DNA from: a virus
Reading direction: 5' to 3' (one strand)
IMG/VR virus record: IMGVR_UViG_3300047476_000972
Location: 13,562 to 77,561 of that record
DNA: 64,000 bases
In this document: piece after piece, positions 18,502 through 28,176 of the stretch
Layout: each line of letters opens with the position of its first letter
How positions within the stretch are numbered: position 1 is the first letter of the stretch
The notes under the pieces: generated by a model
What the model saw: the letters and a program-made list of their open reading frames with translations, nothing else
What the model was told of the DNA's origin: nothing
The model's database searches: none
Position numbers and translations under genes: made by a program

Positions 18502-19439
18502 TGATGACTGAACCTATTCGCATCTCTAACTCTGAGATTCAAACCTTCAAGGATTGCCGTCGCCGGTGGTGGTTTACTTACTATCGCCGTCTCAAGCCAA
18601 AGATGGCTGAGTTTACTGGTGCACTCGCGCTTGGATCTCGTATCCACGAGGCACTAGATCAGTACTACAGCTCAAAGATGGAGCGTGACCTACTTCAGAT
18701 TCACGCTGAACTAGTTGCTGCAGACATGAAGACTCTTACCGACGAGTTTCGTGACACAACCAGCCTAGAGACCGAAGCTGAGCTTGGTCGCGTAATGCTT
18801 GAGGGCTACCTAGAGTGGATGGAACTCGAAGGTATTGACGCAGAGCTAGAAATGATCTCTACTGAAGAGATTATTGAGCGTCCAATGATGGACGGTCGCG
18901 TCACCCTTCAGGGAAAAATTGACATGCGTGTTCGTCGCAAGATTGACGGCGTTCGTATGTTCCGTGACTTCAAGACTGTTGGTGGATCTTTTGCTGACTT
19001 TGGGTCTATCGCCCACATGAACGAGCAGGTCTTGACTTATATGGTTCTAGAGGAAGCTCAGAACAAGGATGGCGAACGCTCAGAGGGTGGTATCTTTACG
19101 ATGCTTCGTAAGGTTAAGCGCGGTGCTTATGCTAAGCCACCGTTCTATGACCAGATTGAAGTTCGTCACAATGCTTTTACTTTGCGCTCGTTCTACCAGC
19201 GTCTAGAGGGAACCCTAGAGGACATCCTTCGAGTGCGTGATGGACTTGACGCTGGTGAAAGCCACTATAAACTTGCATATCCTAAGCCGTCTCGTGACTG
19301 CAAATGGAAATGCCAATTCTTCTCTATTTGCCCGCTGGTTGACGATGGTTCGGCAGCTGAAGCAGCAATTAGTGATGCGTTTGCGGTCGCCGACCCTTAC
19401 GGTTATTACGGAATCGAAGAAAAGAAAGGAAGTGAGTAA
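18501..19439 (+). CDS. Cas4/RecB-like PD-(D/E)xK exonuclease
   Basis: ISNSEIQTF.DCRRRW, G..IH, GKID, DFKT and C.W.C.F..IC. Confidence 0.85.
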   Translation: MMTEPIRISNSEIQTFKDCRRRWWFTYYRRLKPKMAEFTGALALGSRIHEALDQYYSSKMERDLLQIHAELVAADMKTLTDEFRDTTSLETEAELGRVMLEGYLEWMELEGIDAELEMISTEEIIERPMMDGRVTLQGKIDMRVRRKIDGVRMFRDFKTVGGSFADFGSIAHMNEQVLTYMVLEEAQNKDGERSEGGIFTMLRKVKRGAYAKPPFYDQIEVRHNAFTLRSFYQRLEGTLEDILRVRDGLDAGESHYKLAYPKPSRDCKWKCQFFSICPLVDDGSAAEAAISDAFAVADPYGYYGIEEKKGSE

Positions 19440-19441
19440 GA

Positions 19442-20206
19442 ATGTCGGAAGTCGATCGCAGTTTAACAATTATGGTTTATGGCGAATCGAAGGTTGGTAA
19501 ATCAACCTTTGCCGTTACAGCTCCTTACCCACGTCTTATGCTTGACGTTGAGGGTGGACATCGTTTCCTCCCAATCACTGTCAAGTACTGGGACCCTATT
19601 CGCGAAGAACCACCGGTTGCTGATGGAACATGGGACACTGTTGTGGTCCAGGTTCGTGACTACGATGTAGTCCTCAAGACCTTCCAGTGGCTTCAGAGTG
19701 GGAAGCACCAGTTCAAGTCCTTGATCATCGACTCAATCTCTGAGTTGCAGGTCAAGTGCATGGACAACATTGCAGGAACCGAACAGATGAAGATGCAACA
19801 GTGGGGCGAATTGCTTCGCCACATGGGCGCGCTACTTCGTGATCTTCGTGACCTAACAATGCACCCAACTCAGCCTCTTGAGGCTGTAGTTCTGACCGCT
19901 ATGGCACGTAAGGGTCAGGACGGCGTTTACCGTCCTTATCTACAGGGTCAGCTAGCAATTCAGGCCCCGTACTTCTATGACATCCTAGGCGCAATCACAG
20001 TGGAACAGTTCCCTAACTCGGACCCACTGCAGCCTCCATACAAGGTGCGACGCATGTACGTTGAGCGCACACCTGAGTATGAAGCTGGAGAACGCGTCCA
20101 GGGTCGTCTAGGAAAAATCGTCGAGCAGGGAGACCTTGGTGTCGAACGCATGCTCGATGTAATCTTTGGCGAAAAGACAAAGACCACAAAGAAAACAAGT
20201 AACTAA
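19442..20206 (+). CDS. AAA_24 / Sak4-like ATPase (recombinase)
   Basis: Walker A YGESKVGKST, Walker B IIDSISE; lies between the Cas4-like nuclease and the SSB. Confidence 0.8.
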   Translation: MSEVDRSLTIMVYGESKVGKSTFAVTAPYPRLMLDVEGGHRFLPITVKYWDPIREEPPVADGTWDTVVVQVRDYDVVLKTFQWLQSGKHQFKSLIIDSISELQVKCMDNIAGTEQMKMQQWGELLRHMGALLRDLRDLTMHPTQPLEAVVLTAMARKGQDGVYRPYLQGQLAIQAPYFYDILGAITVEQFPNSDPLQPPYKVRRMYVERTPEYEAGERVQGRLGKIVEQGDLGVERMLDVIFGEKTKTTKKTSN

Positions 20207-20214
20207 GGAAAATC

Positions 20215-20796
20215 ATGAGTTCACTCAATTGGAGCGACCTAATCAAGGACGCTGGAGAACCTACTAGCTACGAGCCACTACCTGATGGTGACTACGAACT
20301 AAAGGTTATCGAATCAAAGGCTAAGAACACTCAGTCTGGCAAGACTATGTTCAGCATCACCACCGAGGTTCAGGGTGGCCCGCACGCAAAGCGTCGTGTC
20401 TGGGACAACCTGACCGTATCACCTGAGAACCCAAAGGCATTGGCTATCTTCTTCTCGAAGATGGAGTCCCTAGGTCTACCTCGTGATTTCTTCACCGCGT
20501 CTAACCCAAGCAACGCTCAGATCGAGCAGGCCCTACTAGGTCGCTCGTTCCGCGGAACGCTAGGTAAGAAGACCTACAACGGTACTGTCAGCAATGAGAT
20601 TACCAAGTACTTCCGCCTAGTGGCCGATGCAACTGCCGGAGCACCAGTACCACCTGCTCCAGCTGCGGCACCAGCACCTGCTCCAGCTGCTCCAGTAGCC
20701 ACTCCGTTTGACGGACCGTCGGTTGCTAACGCAGCACCAGCACCTGCTCCAGCACCAGCACCTGCGGCTCCTGTTTCATCAGAAGAGCCGTTCTAA
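20215..20796 (+). CDS. DUF669-like single-stranded DNA-binding protein
   Basis: YEPLPDGDY...V and GK.M motifs; Pro/Ala linker; acidic EEPF C-terminus. Confidence 0.8.
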   Translation: MSSLNWSDLIKDAGEPTSYEPLPDGDYELKVIESKAKNTQSGKTMFSITTEVQGGPHAKRRVWDNLTVSPENPKALAIFFSKMESLGLPRDFFTASNPSNAQIEQALLGRSFRGTLGKKTYNGTVSNEITKYFRLVADATAGAPVPPAPAAAPAPAPAAPVATPFDGPSVANAAPAPAPAPAPAAPVSSEEPF

Positions 20797-20807
20797 ATAA
20801 AAGTATC

Positions 20808-20840
20808 GAGGGGGTGTCTTATAGGCACCCCCTCTTTATT
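20808..20840 (+). terminator. Rho-independent terminator
   Basis: GAGGGGGTGTC-TTATA-GGCACCCCCTC then TTTATT. Confidence 0.85.
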
Positions 20841-20854
20841 TATAAAGGGTTAAG

Positions 20855-21895
20855 ATGAAAGTACTATTTACTGGAATGCTGTCTGCTCACTGTAAGGTGC
20901 CGACAGATGTCTCAAACAAGACTTTTTACACTGCATTTTCTTTAGTGTTTAGAGATCTATATCCAGAAGCTGAAATTGAGTGGAAAGCGCCGTCTCTAGC
21001 GTGGGACGAGGAATATCTTTCACAATATGATTTCATTTTTATTGGAATGGTGCCACCTACTTCGATGAGCGCCAACATGATCTACGGAACCCTTAAGTGT
21101 CTAGACACCGTCTACGATTGGCCTAATGTTCGTCTGATAATGGACTCTCCCCAGCTGTGGCAATATGCCCCTGGGCTATCTGCTATCAGTAAAGACCCTA
21201 CTTACTTAGTGAGTAGTTTCTACTCTAAGCGCCCTAGCTATAAGCAAGCCGACACATACAAAACACTATCTAGCTTCAAGCGAGTGGCTGAGAGGATGCT
21301 TACTGAGAAGTGGCCTAAAGTCATTTATCCAGAACTCCCTTGGCACGACTCGGCCCGTAAGAGTGAATTGATCTCCGATCACCTGCCTCATGTCACTGAC
21401 GCTTTCGGACTAAATTTAGATGGATACTTTCTAAACAATAAAAATCCAGACTATAAAGAGGTCTTTGACGCCCCTTGGTCTGTCGACAGCTTCAAATCTA
21501 AATGGGCTGGGAAGCTCAGCCGGACTGTATCCATGTCGTTCAGCGAGCTAAAGCTTGGAAAGACTTTTAATGATGTCCATGCAGAAGCTGCGCTTCGTAG
21601 TTCAATCGGCCTGATTGTTCCGCCTACGGACCGCAACGTCGGGACGTGGTGGAGTTATAGGTACCTGCAGGGCTTGCTCTCTGGCGTTCCTGTAGCGACT
21701 GACTGGACTGAGTCTAAAGCTTTGGGATCGGCGTGGGCCGTATTACCGTATCAAATCGAGGACATGACCCCGATTGAACGAAAAGAGCTGGCTCAGAAGC
21801 AACTCGAATCTTATAAAAAGAACGCCCCGAGTCTGCCTGAACTAAAGCAAAAAATTGAACTAGTATTAAACCATAAAGGAGAACACAATGCCTGA
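20855..21895 (+). CDS. Putative glycosyltransferase (GT-B-like; resembles actinophage DNA-region glycosyltransferases)
   Basis: MKVLFTG start; YD.IF.G..P, G.WW..RY and IE......LA..Q pattern recalled from Microbacterium-phage GTs; located in the DNA metabolism module. Confidence 0.45.
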   Translation: MKVLFTGMLSAHCKVPTDVSNKTFYTAFSLVFRDLYPEAEIEWKAPSLAWDEEYLSQYDFIFIGMVPPTSMSANMIYGTLKCLDTVYDWPNVRLIMDSPQLWQYAPGLSAISKDPTYLVSSFYSKRPSYKQADTYKTLSSFKRVAERMLTEKWPKVIYPELPWHDSARKSELISDHLPHVTDAFGLNLDGYFLNNKNPDYKEVFDAPWSVDSFKSKWAGKLSRTVSMSFSELKLGKTFNDVHAEAALRSSIGLIVPPTDRNVGTWWSYRYLQGLLSGVPVATDWTESKALGSAWAVLPYQIEDMTPIERKELAQKQLESYKKNAPSLPELKQKIELVLNHKGEHNA

Positions 21896-22316
21896 AGTAA
21901 ATGATGCGTGGGTAAAACAGCAACTAGAAGAGGCTAAGGTCCGAGTAGGATCTGGCAAGGCGATTATCCGGTTGCTAGAGACATGGGAATCCCTAGGTGA
22001 TTTGTCGGATAACATCTCTAAAGAGACCATTGAAATTTTCAGTCGACTAGCCCTAGGCAGGTTGGCTAAAGACCCAGAAGCAAAGCCAGACGAGGTCTGG
22101 GTCCCTGCTCAGCCTGGCCAGATCAAAGTTGGCGATGAGGTCCGAGTCCTAGTAGACGCCTTTAATGACAAGACTGGTGTAATCCATAATGGTCGTCGTG
22201 GGAAAGTAACAGCAGTGCGTTATGGCGATGTAATCTTTAAGTCAACGGATGGCAAGACTCCAGAACTAGATGGAGTTCACTACTCTCCATATAAGTTAGA
22301 AAAAAGGATTAAGTAA
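21888..22316 (+). CDS. Hypothetical protein with C-terminal SH3/KOW-like barrel
   Basis: IKVGDEVRV...NGRRGKVTAV motif. Confidence 0.55.
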   Translation: MPEVNDAWVKQQLEEAKVRVGSGKAIIRLLETWESLGDLSDNISKETIEIFSRLALGRLAKDPEAKPDEVWVPAQPGQIKVGDEVRVLVDAFNDKTGVIHNGRRGKVTAVRYGDVIFKSTDGKTPELDGVHYSPYKLEKRIK

Positions 22317-22552
22317 TGCGCACCAGTTTCGAGATTAAGGTATACGCAAATACCCTAGAAGATGCGAAGACCAAGGCCTACCAAGAAGTCTCTAAGTTCA
22401 TTGGAGTATCTACAGATGAGGTAAAAGGAATAGTTGACCTAGAACTTAAGGTGAAAACCTATGATCTAAAGGATGATGCCCCTGAGCCAGACGGTGACTT
22501 CGAGGTAGTTGTCTACGGCGCTGTAAAACACAGCATTGTAAGGCCTCTATAA
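22316..22552 (+). CDS. Hypothetical protein
   Basis: Translationally coupled 78 aa ORF. Confidence 0.6.
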   Translation: MRTSFEIKVYANTLEDAKTKAYQEVSKFIGVSTDEVKGIVDLELKVKTYDLKDDAPEPDGDFEVVVYGAVKHSIVRPL

Positions 22553-22557
22553 ATTAT

Positions 22558-22586
22558 TTGACAAAACCAACCGTAAGCGGTACATT
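22558..22586 (+). promoter_or_regulatory. Sigma-A promoter of a leaderless transcript
   Basis: TTGACA-N17-TACATT, 6 nt before ATG 22593, no SD. Confidence 0.75.
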
Positions 22587-22592
22587 GTTTTT

Positions 22593-23084
22593 ATGCAAAC
22601 ATTTGTACCGCTTACTTCTTCTTTTGAAGACATTGCCCGCACACTAGATCGTGCCCGTCTCAATAAGCAAGCCCTAGAAGGCTGGCAGATTTTGATGACC
22701 CTCCTTGAGCTGGATCCTCATGGCAACCACCGTGTCCCTAAGGGCTGGGTAAATCACCCAGCTGTCAAGATGTGGCGCGGCCATGAAATGGCGCTATATC
22801 TGTACATTCAAGCTATGGTGGATGAATGGAAGCGTCGTGGCTATAAGTCAACTATTGGTGACAAAGCTAAAGACACTATCAAGACTGCTATGTCCAAGGG
22901 GTTGCTGGCCTCGTCTGCTTCAAGTAATCCACGATGGATTTCTGACATGAAATTATTTAAAGAAGTAGCTGCGAGCCATCGGTTAGCTCTTCTTAACAAG
23001 GACTACGAGTGGTACTCGCAATTCAATTGGGACGAGGACACTGGTAAAAAGCCAGAAACCTACGAATATCTCTGGCCTGAATAA
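22593..23084 (+). CDS. Pyrimidine-dimer DNA glycosylase-like protein (MSMEG_6728 / endonuclease V family)
   Basis: MQTF.P, LD..RL.KQ..E..QI and GW.NHPAVKMWRGHE motifs. Confidence 0.8.
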   Translation: MQTFVPLTSSFEDIARTLDRARLNKQALEGWQILMTLLELDPHGNHRVPKGWVNHPAVKMWRGHEMALYLYIQAMVDEWKRRGYKSTIGDKAKDTIKTAMSKGLLASSASSNPRWISDMKLFKEVAASHRLALLNKDYEWYSQFNWDEDTGKKPETYEYLWPE

Positions 23085-23142
23085 ATTTGTAATTTACGGT
23101 ATTTAACACGAAATAGTTAAACTTCAATTGTAGAATCTTTAT

Positions 23143-23487
23143 ATGAAAGATTCTCGAATTGGCGAGTCGCTTTGGTTTATCTGGGATACCCCCAATAACC
23201 AATTTGGCGACTATCCAATTTTCTACACCGAAGATCACGTTGATATAGATAATGAAGTCGTTCGACGTGCCTTGGCATCTGCAATCCAACGTGAAGGGAT
23301 AGTATCCTCTCTAGGAGAGGGCTACTTTCTTGTTGATCATGGAGAGACTTGGCAAGGGTACTCTGGGTCTGTAGATTCTAGCGAAGTAGAGGATCTTTAC
23401 GAATGTGATGAGAATGGTTCAACTTCCGACGGAGAAATTATGCCAGAAGTTGCCCCCACTACTTGGGTTAGGATTTTTGACTTTTGA
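23143..23487 (+). CDS. Hypothetical acidic protein (leaderless)
   Basis: 114 aa ORF; TAGAAT 6 nt upstream of the ATG. Confidence 0.6.
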   Translation: MKDSRIGESLWFIWDTPNNQFGDYPIFYTEDHVDIDNEVVRRALASAIQREGIVSSLGEGYFLVDHGETWQGYSGSVDSSEVEDLYECDENGSTSDGEIMPEVAPTTWVRIFDF

Positions 23488-23939
23488 TAGACACGCCTGG
23501 ATGGTACGAAGAAGCTGAATGCTCTAAGCCAATATATAGAGATGTAATTAAGAACTTCTTTCTGAACAAGTCGGCTCAGCAGTTGCCTGCGCTGAAGATA
23601 TGCGATGCATGTCCAGTAAAAAGAGATTGCCTTAAGATGGCCCTAGAAAATAAAGAAATATGGGGCATATGGGGAGGGCTCACTCCTAAAAAGATCCGTA
23701 GAACTCTATCTGTGAATTGGCAAGGCCAAGAGATGCGTCACAAGCGCCCACCACTATGTCCTGCCTGTGAGGCAAAGACTGACAAACTTATAACTAAGAC
23801 AGTCAATCGCCCTAACGGTGGGCGCTGGGCAACCATGAAGCTAGTCGAGTGTGTGGAGTGTAATTTCTCATGGCAGAGCAGAACAAGTGCTAATGCTGTA
23901 GAGGCGTTTCACTTGCTAAAGACTAAGAAGAAGTCCTAG
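23484..23939 (+). CDS. whiB: WhiB-family transcription factor with C-terminal Zn-ribbon extension
   Basis: C...CDACPVKRDC and GIWGG; extra CPAC...CVEC. Confidence 0.85.
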   Translation: MIDTPGWYEEAECSKPIYRDVIKNFFLNKSAQQLPALKICDACPVKRDCLKMALENKEIWGIWGGLTPKKIRRTLSVNWQGQEMRHKRPPLCPACEAKTDKLITKTVNRPNGGRWATMKLVECVECNFSWQSRTSANAVEAFHLLKTKKKS

Positions 23940-25014
23940 CTGCAGCCTTGTAATACTCTAGATTATTTTTCAAACGTTCGTTGTTTGGGTCGTGAAGTAC
24001 GGCAGCTTCTCCATAAACCAAAGCTTCTTGGTACATCCCTAGGTTGTATGCAGCTATAGAAGCTAAGTCGTGCGGTAAGGCTCCCCAAGCAAAGTCCTCG
24101 CATAGATAGTCCAATGGCTTCTCTTTGATCTTGAGAGCGTCTAGCGAAACCTCGTAGCAATCAGCCCAGTTCTTTTCTTCGTACAAAAATTGCGCGTACT
24201 CTACGAGGGCTTCCCTGCGTCCGGGGGCTTCATCTATAGCTGAAACTAGCCATGTAAAGCGATTCTCTGGCTCGCACTTAGCTAGGTAGCGCATTGATGC
24301 GGCTCGCTCTGGCCTCCAAGTTGCGCTAGGAATTGATAGGTGCCTTTTGAATTCTTTAGCAGCTTCTTCGTACTGAGCGTAGAAGAAGAGCTCCCTAGCG
24401 TAATAAAAAGCACTTCTATCGTCGTTTGGTGTTTCTTTTACAGCGAGTTTTAGTAGTGGAAGGTACTGCCCACGGCTCTTAGTAGGGTCAGCTCTGTGGT
24501 GCAGAATTACCTCTGGGATAGTTACTCGACTCTCTGGTCGATCCATTTCCCAGTAAAGAGTCTCGTGGCAAGGTTGACGCCAGCGGTATCCAAAGCGTCC
24601 ATGAATTTTGTCAGCATAGAACTGAATGCCTGGAGTTACTCCATCTTCTTTCCAGTTCCAGATGTAGTCATAGGCGATGCGATCAATGTTTCCGTTGGTT
24701 TCTTGCCAAGCCTTATCTATTGCATCTGCCCAGCCTGGTTGTAGATACTCGTCTAAATCGATTGATAGGCAGATATCAATATCGGCTGGAATCAAACTTA
24801 AGGCCGTATTTCTAGGAACATCAAAACGCCACGGCTTCTGAGTAATCTCATAAACAACTGCTCCGCGCTCTCGTAGACGTTCTACGGTGCCGTCTGTTGA
24901 TCCGGTGTCGCAGACTAAAACAAGATCTGCTCCCTCGTTTGCATCCATAAATTTATCTACATGTTTGATCTCGTTTAGTGCGATGGCATAGACACAAGTT
25001 CTTACTTTACGCAT
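23923..25014 (-). CDS. GT2 glycosyltransferase with TPR repeats (SgtA/SunS-like protein glycosyltransferase)
   Basis: VYAIALNE, DTGSTDGT, PWRFD..RN, DLDE (DxD), HE; C-terminal TPR helices (FYYARE, P.RRE, DPNNERL..N). Confidence 0.85.
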   Translation of the reverse strand: MRKVRTCVYAIALNEIKHVDKFMDANEGADLVLVCDTGSTDGTVERLRERGAVVYEITQKPWRFDVPRNTALSLIPADIDICLSIDLDEYLQPGWADAIDKAWQETNGNIDRIAYDYIWNWKEDGVTPGIQFYADKIHGRFGYRWRQPCHETLYWEMDRPESRVTIPEVILHHRADPTKSRGQYLPLLKLAVKETPNDDRSAFYYARELFFYAQYEEAAKEFKRHLSIPSATWRPERAASMRYLAKCEPENRFTWLVSAIDEAPGRREALVEYAQFLYEEKNWADCYEVSLDALKIKEKPLDYLCEDFAWGALPHDLASIAAYNLGMYQEALVYGEAAVLHDPNNERLKNNLEYYKAAARTSS

Positions 25015-26053
25015 TTGATCCCTCGTACCACTTCATGTTTTCAATGAGTCTTTGATTATTCGGATCTAATTCTAATGCTAGCTTCCCGTGTTTAAGTGCC
25101 AGCTCGATTTTCCCGCAGTAGTATGCGGAAAGGGCGACAATGTCATGAGGACCGTACCCCCATGCTTCTTTAGAGTAAGTGAATCCGTCACGACGTTCAG
25201 CAACATCTAAACACTCTAATGCAAGCCTAAGAGCTATCGAGTGATCTCCTTCAGACGAGTAAAGTTTTGCCATATCGTATAAAGTTTCTCGCTCTTTACT
25301 CTGTCCATAGGCTCTCCACAGCTGTACCATTGCAGTATCTGTATCCCCTTTTGCTTGGTAGTTGCGTGCAATGTTTCTTGCAATATAGGATTTAACAACA
25401 GGGCCATCGGAGCACTTATCATAGCTCTCGGAGCGCCAAAATATAGCTTGATCTAGATTTCCTATAGCCTCGTAATCATTTGCTAAGAAATACCTAGTGC
25501 GCCAATTTTCATCGCCCTCGCTAATCTTCTTGTGTAAGAGGTTCAAATAGCTGCGTCTACTCTTTGTAGTGTCTTGCCATTCGTCAAGAAAAATTTGATC
25601 ATTCCACAGGGTTTTCTCTGAAATAGACCAAGATAAGGTCTCGTGAACTGCACCCACCCATTTGCAATTATGACGAGAGTGGATCTTAGAATGCCATTGC
25701 CAAGAACCGCCATTGTGTCGGTATCGGTGATTCAAAATAGTGGCGTCTAGTTCCCATGAATCCTCTAGATGTTTTCGCCAGCCTGGCAACAACACTTCAT
25801 CAATGTCTAGCGAGACTGCAATGTCTACATCTGAGGGTAGCAAATTTAGAGCTGCATTTTTAGCGTCATCGAATCGCCAAGGAGCTATTTTGATTTTGTA
25901 AACCTGAATTCCTAGCGACTCTGCAAGGACACTAGTTCCGTCTGTAGACCCCGTGTCTGCCAGCAAAATATAATCTGCTTCTTTCGCAGACTCTGCCCAG
26001 CGGGAAATGAATTGCTCCTCGTTTAGAGCTATAGCGTAGACCGCTACCTTCAT
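25007..26053 (-). CDS. GT2 glycosyltransferase with TPR repeats (paralog)
   Basis: Same motifs (VYAIALNE, DTGSTDGT, PWRFD, DIDE, VHE) and a TPR tail. Confidence 0.85.
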   Translation of the reverse strand: MKVAVYAIALNEEQFISRWAESAKEADYILLADTGSTDGTSVLAESLGIQVYKIKIAPWRFDDAKNAALNLLPSDVDIAVSLDIDEVLLPGWRKHLEDSWELDATILNHRYRHNGGSWQWHSKIHSRHNCKWVGAVHETLSWSISEKTLWNDQIFLDEWQDTTKSRRSYLNLLHKKISEGDENWRTRYFLANDYEAIGNLDQAIFWRSESYDKCSDGPVVKSYIARNIARNYQAKGDTDTAMVQLWRAYGQSKERETLYDMAKLYSSEGDHSIALRLALECLDVAERRDGFTYSKEAWGYGPHDIVALSAYYCGKIELALKHGKLALELDPNNQRLIENMKWYEGSNA

Positions 26054-26055
26054 AA

Positions 26056-27261
26056 CTACTCCACTGTAATAACGCTGATGAACTCTCGAGGGTTGAAATC
26101 TCCACCTAGAACCATAGTAAGAAGTCCGGCATTAGAGGTTGCACCAGCTCGGTCACGGTACCACTCCGACCCTGGGTCCGTGGTTGGGCACTGACACCAC
26201 AAGCGGTGTCCGATATCCATTGTGCGGAAGTTGTGGTAGTGGCCAGAGATCCATACGTCGCACAGGCCTAGAGCAGTCTGACCTAGGGACTGTTGCTGTA
26301 GGTACTTCTCTGGATTGTTTGCGCTCATCTGGTGGCCGTGGAATAGTCCTACCATTGTTCCGTTGATGTCTACTGCTAGAGTCTGGTGTCCCGACGCAGG
26401 GAAGCGGAATTCAACATGTGACAGAGCTTGGTTTTCTGCACACGCATCCTGAACAGCAGATGCAATTTCCACATTCCATCCGTCTGCAGGGTCTGCAGCG
26501 ACTTGGCGAGTTACCTCGTCGTGGTTTCCGTTTACTACGGGGACAACCATACGCTCCGCCATTGGAGCAAAAGATTTAATCTGTGACATAAGTAGTCGAC
26601 GTGCTACACGAACTTGCTCGGTCAGACCTAGGTCAGATGCAGCTTGGCCTTGTAGACGTCCACCCTGAGAAACAATTCCTTCTACGTGGTCGCCAGGTAG
26701 TGCTAGAACAATTGTTCCTAGCTCTAGTCCAATTTTTTTATAAGCCTCGAACTTGTCAACAGCCTTCTGTGTTCCAGCCAAGATTCGATCAATAGACTGC
26801 TGAGTACCATTCCCCTGAGCCTTCTTACCGATCTGCTGATCGCTCGGTGCGACTAAGTATGCACCTTTACCAGTGCGTTGCTTTATCCCGCGCTCTGGAC
26901 GCCACTTCTTAATTTCATCAATTAGCTTTTCTGCATCTAGCGCATTTTCTCGGTCAGCCCAAGCGTTGTTCGGGGTTAGATTCACTCGAACAGACTCGAG
27001 GAACTCTCCGTCATACTTCTGCCACTTACCTCGGCGCATGGACGACACTGTCCATTCTTCTGGGTCAAGTCCAAATTCTTGAAGAATCGAGCTAGCGTCA
27101 GGAATCTCCGATGATGGACGGGGCTTCGAGATTACGAAACCACCCTTAGAGGAATCAACATCCATTCTTGGACGCCAATCCTCTGGGATATTTAGAGACT
27201 TAATGTCAGATCCGGTTGTCCCCGGTGAAGCTAGTTTTTCTAAGCGTTCGCTTAGGCTCAT
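26056..27261 (-). CDS. Calcineurin-like metallophosphoesterase / nuclease
   Basis: SDQQIG, GDHVEG, GNHDE, HGH and GHYH motifs. Confidence 0.8.
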   Translation of the reverse strand: MSLSERLEKLASPGTTGSDIKSLNIPEDWRPRMDVDSSKGGFVISKPRPSSEIPDASSILQEFGLDPEEWTVSSMRRGKWQKYDGEFLESVRVNLTPNNAWADRENALDAEKLIDEIKKWRPERGIKQRTGKGAYLVAPSDQQIGKKAQGNGTQQSIDRILAGTQKAVDKFEAYKKIGLELGTIVLALPGDHVEGIVSQGGRLQGQAASDLGLTEQVRVARRLLMSQIKSFAPMAERMVVPVVNGNHDEVTRQVAADPADGWNVEIASAVQDACAENQALSHVEFRFPASGHQTLAVDINGTMVGLFHGHQMSANNPEKYLQQQSLGQTALGLCDVWISGHYHNFRTMDIGHRLWCQCPTTDPGSEWYRDRAGATSNAGLLTMVLGGDFNPREFISVITVE

Positions 27262-27521
27262 TTCTGAACCTTCCTATAGCATGTACAGATCTTTCCCCTA
27301 TGACGATCAAAGGAGCTCTTTGATACATCATACCCCTCTTCACGCATAAGTTGGGATAAAGTTACATTAGACACGCTAGCAGGATCTTCATAAGATACGG
27401 CCATCACTTCATTCAGAAGTTGTACGTCTTTAGCGGGCAGTTTAGAAAGTATCCGCCCTACTTTGCATTTTAAATTTGAAGACTCTGACTGGGCGTCAGC
27501 AAGCTTTTTTGATAGAGACAT
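27258..27521 (-). CDS. Small Cys-containing putative DNA-binding protein
   Basis: CKVG ... S..RHR...C.C motif; SD AAGGAG; coupled to the phosphoesterase. Confidence 0.6.
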   Translation of the reverse strand: MSLSKKLADAQSESSNLKCKVGRILSKLPAKDVQLLNEVMAVSYEDPASVSNVTLSQLMREEGYDVSKSSFDRHRGKICTCYRKVQK

Positions 27522-27587
27522 GGCTGCTCCTTCATTTCGTCTATTTCGTCATTTTATAGCTTATCAACATTCAAGTCAATATTTAAA

Positions 27588-27947
27588 CTATTCTGGTTTT
27601 TTTCGAGGCTTTCTTCGAATTGAAATAGGCTCTTCTGTCATCCTTAGCCCACCCAGATCTAAGCCATTTTTGGCTAAAATTATGTCTTTTATAAGTTCTG
27701 TTTCTGCCGACATCTTCACGACGTGGGTCTCGATGCTGTTGACTCGATCAGCCAAAGAGCTGCCACCATTCTCCCAGAGTTGGTGCTCTACGCGGTCCAA
27801 CCGCTCAGATATAGTTCTGCCCTTACCGTCTGCTCCCAGTACTTCACTTAGGCGGTGAACGATTCTAAAGGTAGCATATACGCCACCAAAGATAACGCCA
27901 AGGGCGGTTATTACAGCGGCAATAGTTAAAATAATCTCGACAGTCAT
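27588..27947 (-). CDS. Membrane protein (holin or lysis-accessory-like)
   Basis: N-terminal TM helix; NGGSSL.D.V..IE motif common in actinophage lysis-region membrane proteins. Confidence 0.6.
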   Translation of the reverse strand: MTVEIILTIAAVITALGVIFGGVYATFRIVHRLSEVLGADGKGRTISERLDRVEHQLWENGGSSLADRVNSIETHVVKMSAETELIKDIILAKNGLDLGGLRMTEEPISIRRKPRKKPE

Positions 27948-28176
27948 GACCTATAATAGAAATCTACTCGGTGAACCAATTAGGTTTGTTTCATCTATTT
28001 TACCCTAATAGGGTCTTCCTTATTTGGCTGGGCGTTAGGTCGTCCCCCTGAATGAGTCTGCTGGCAATCTGCCATTTTTATTTTTGAGTTTGCATTTGTT
28101 GCCTTTGGCTGTATGCTGATGTTAGTATTTTCGGAGAGTTTATGTATTTCTTTAGTGACGGCAAGGCGGTAGCGTA

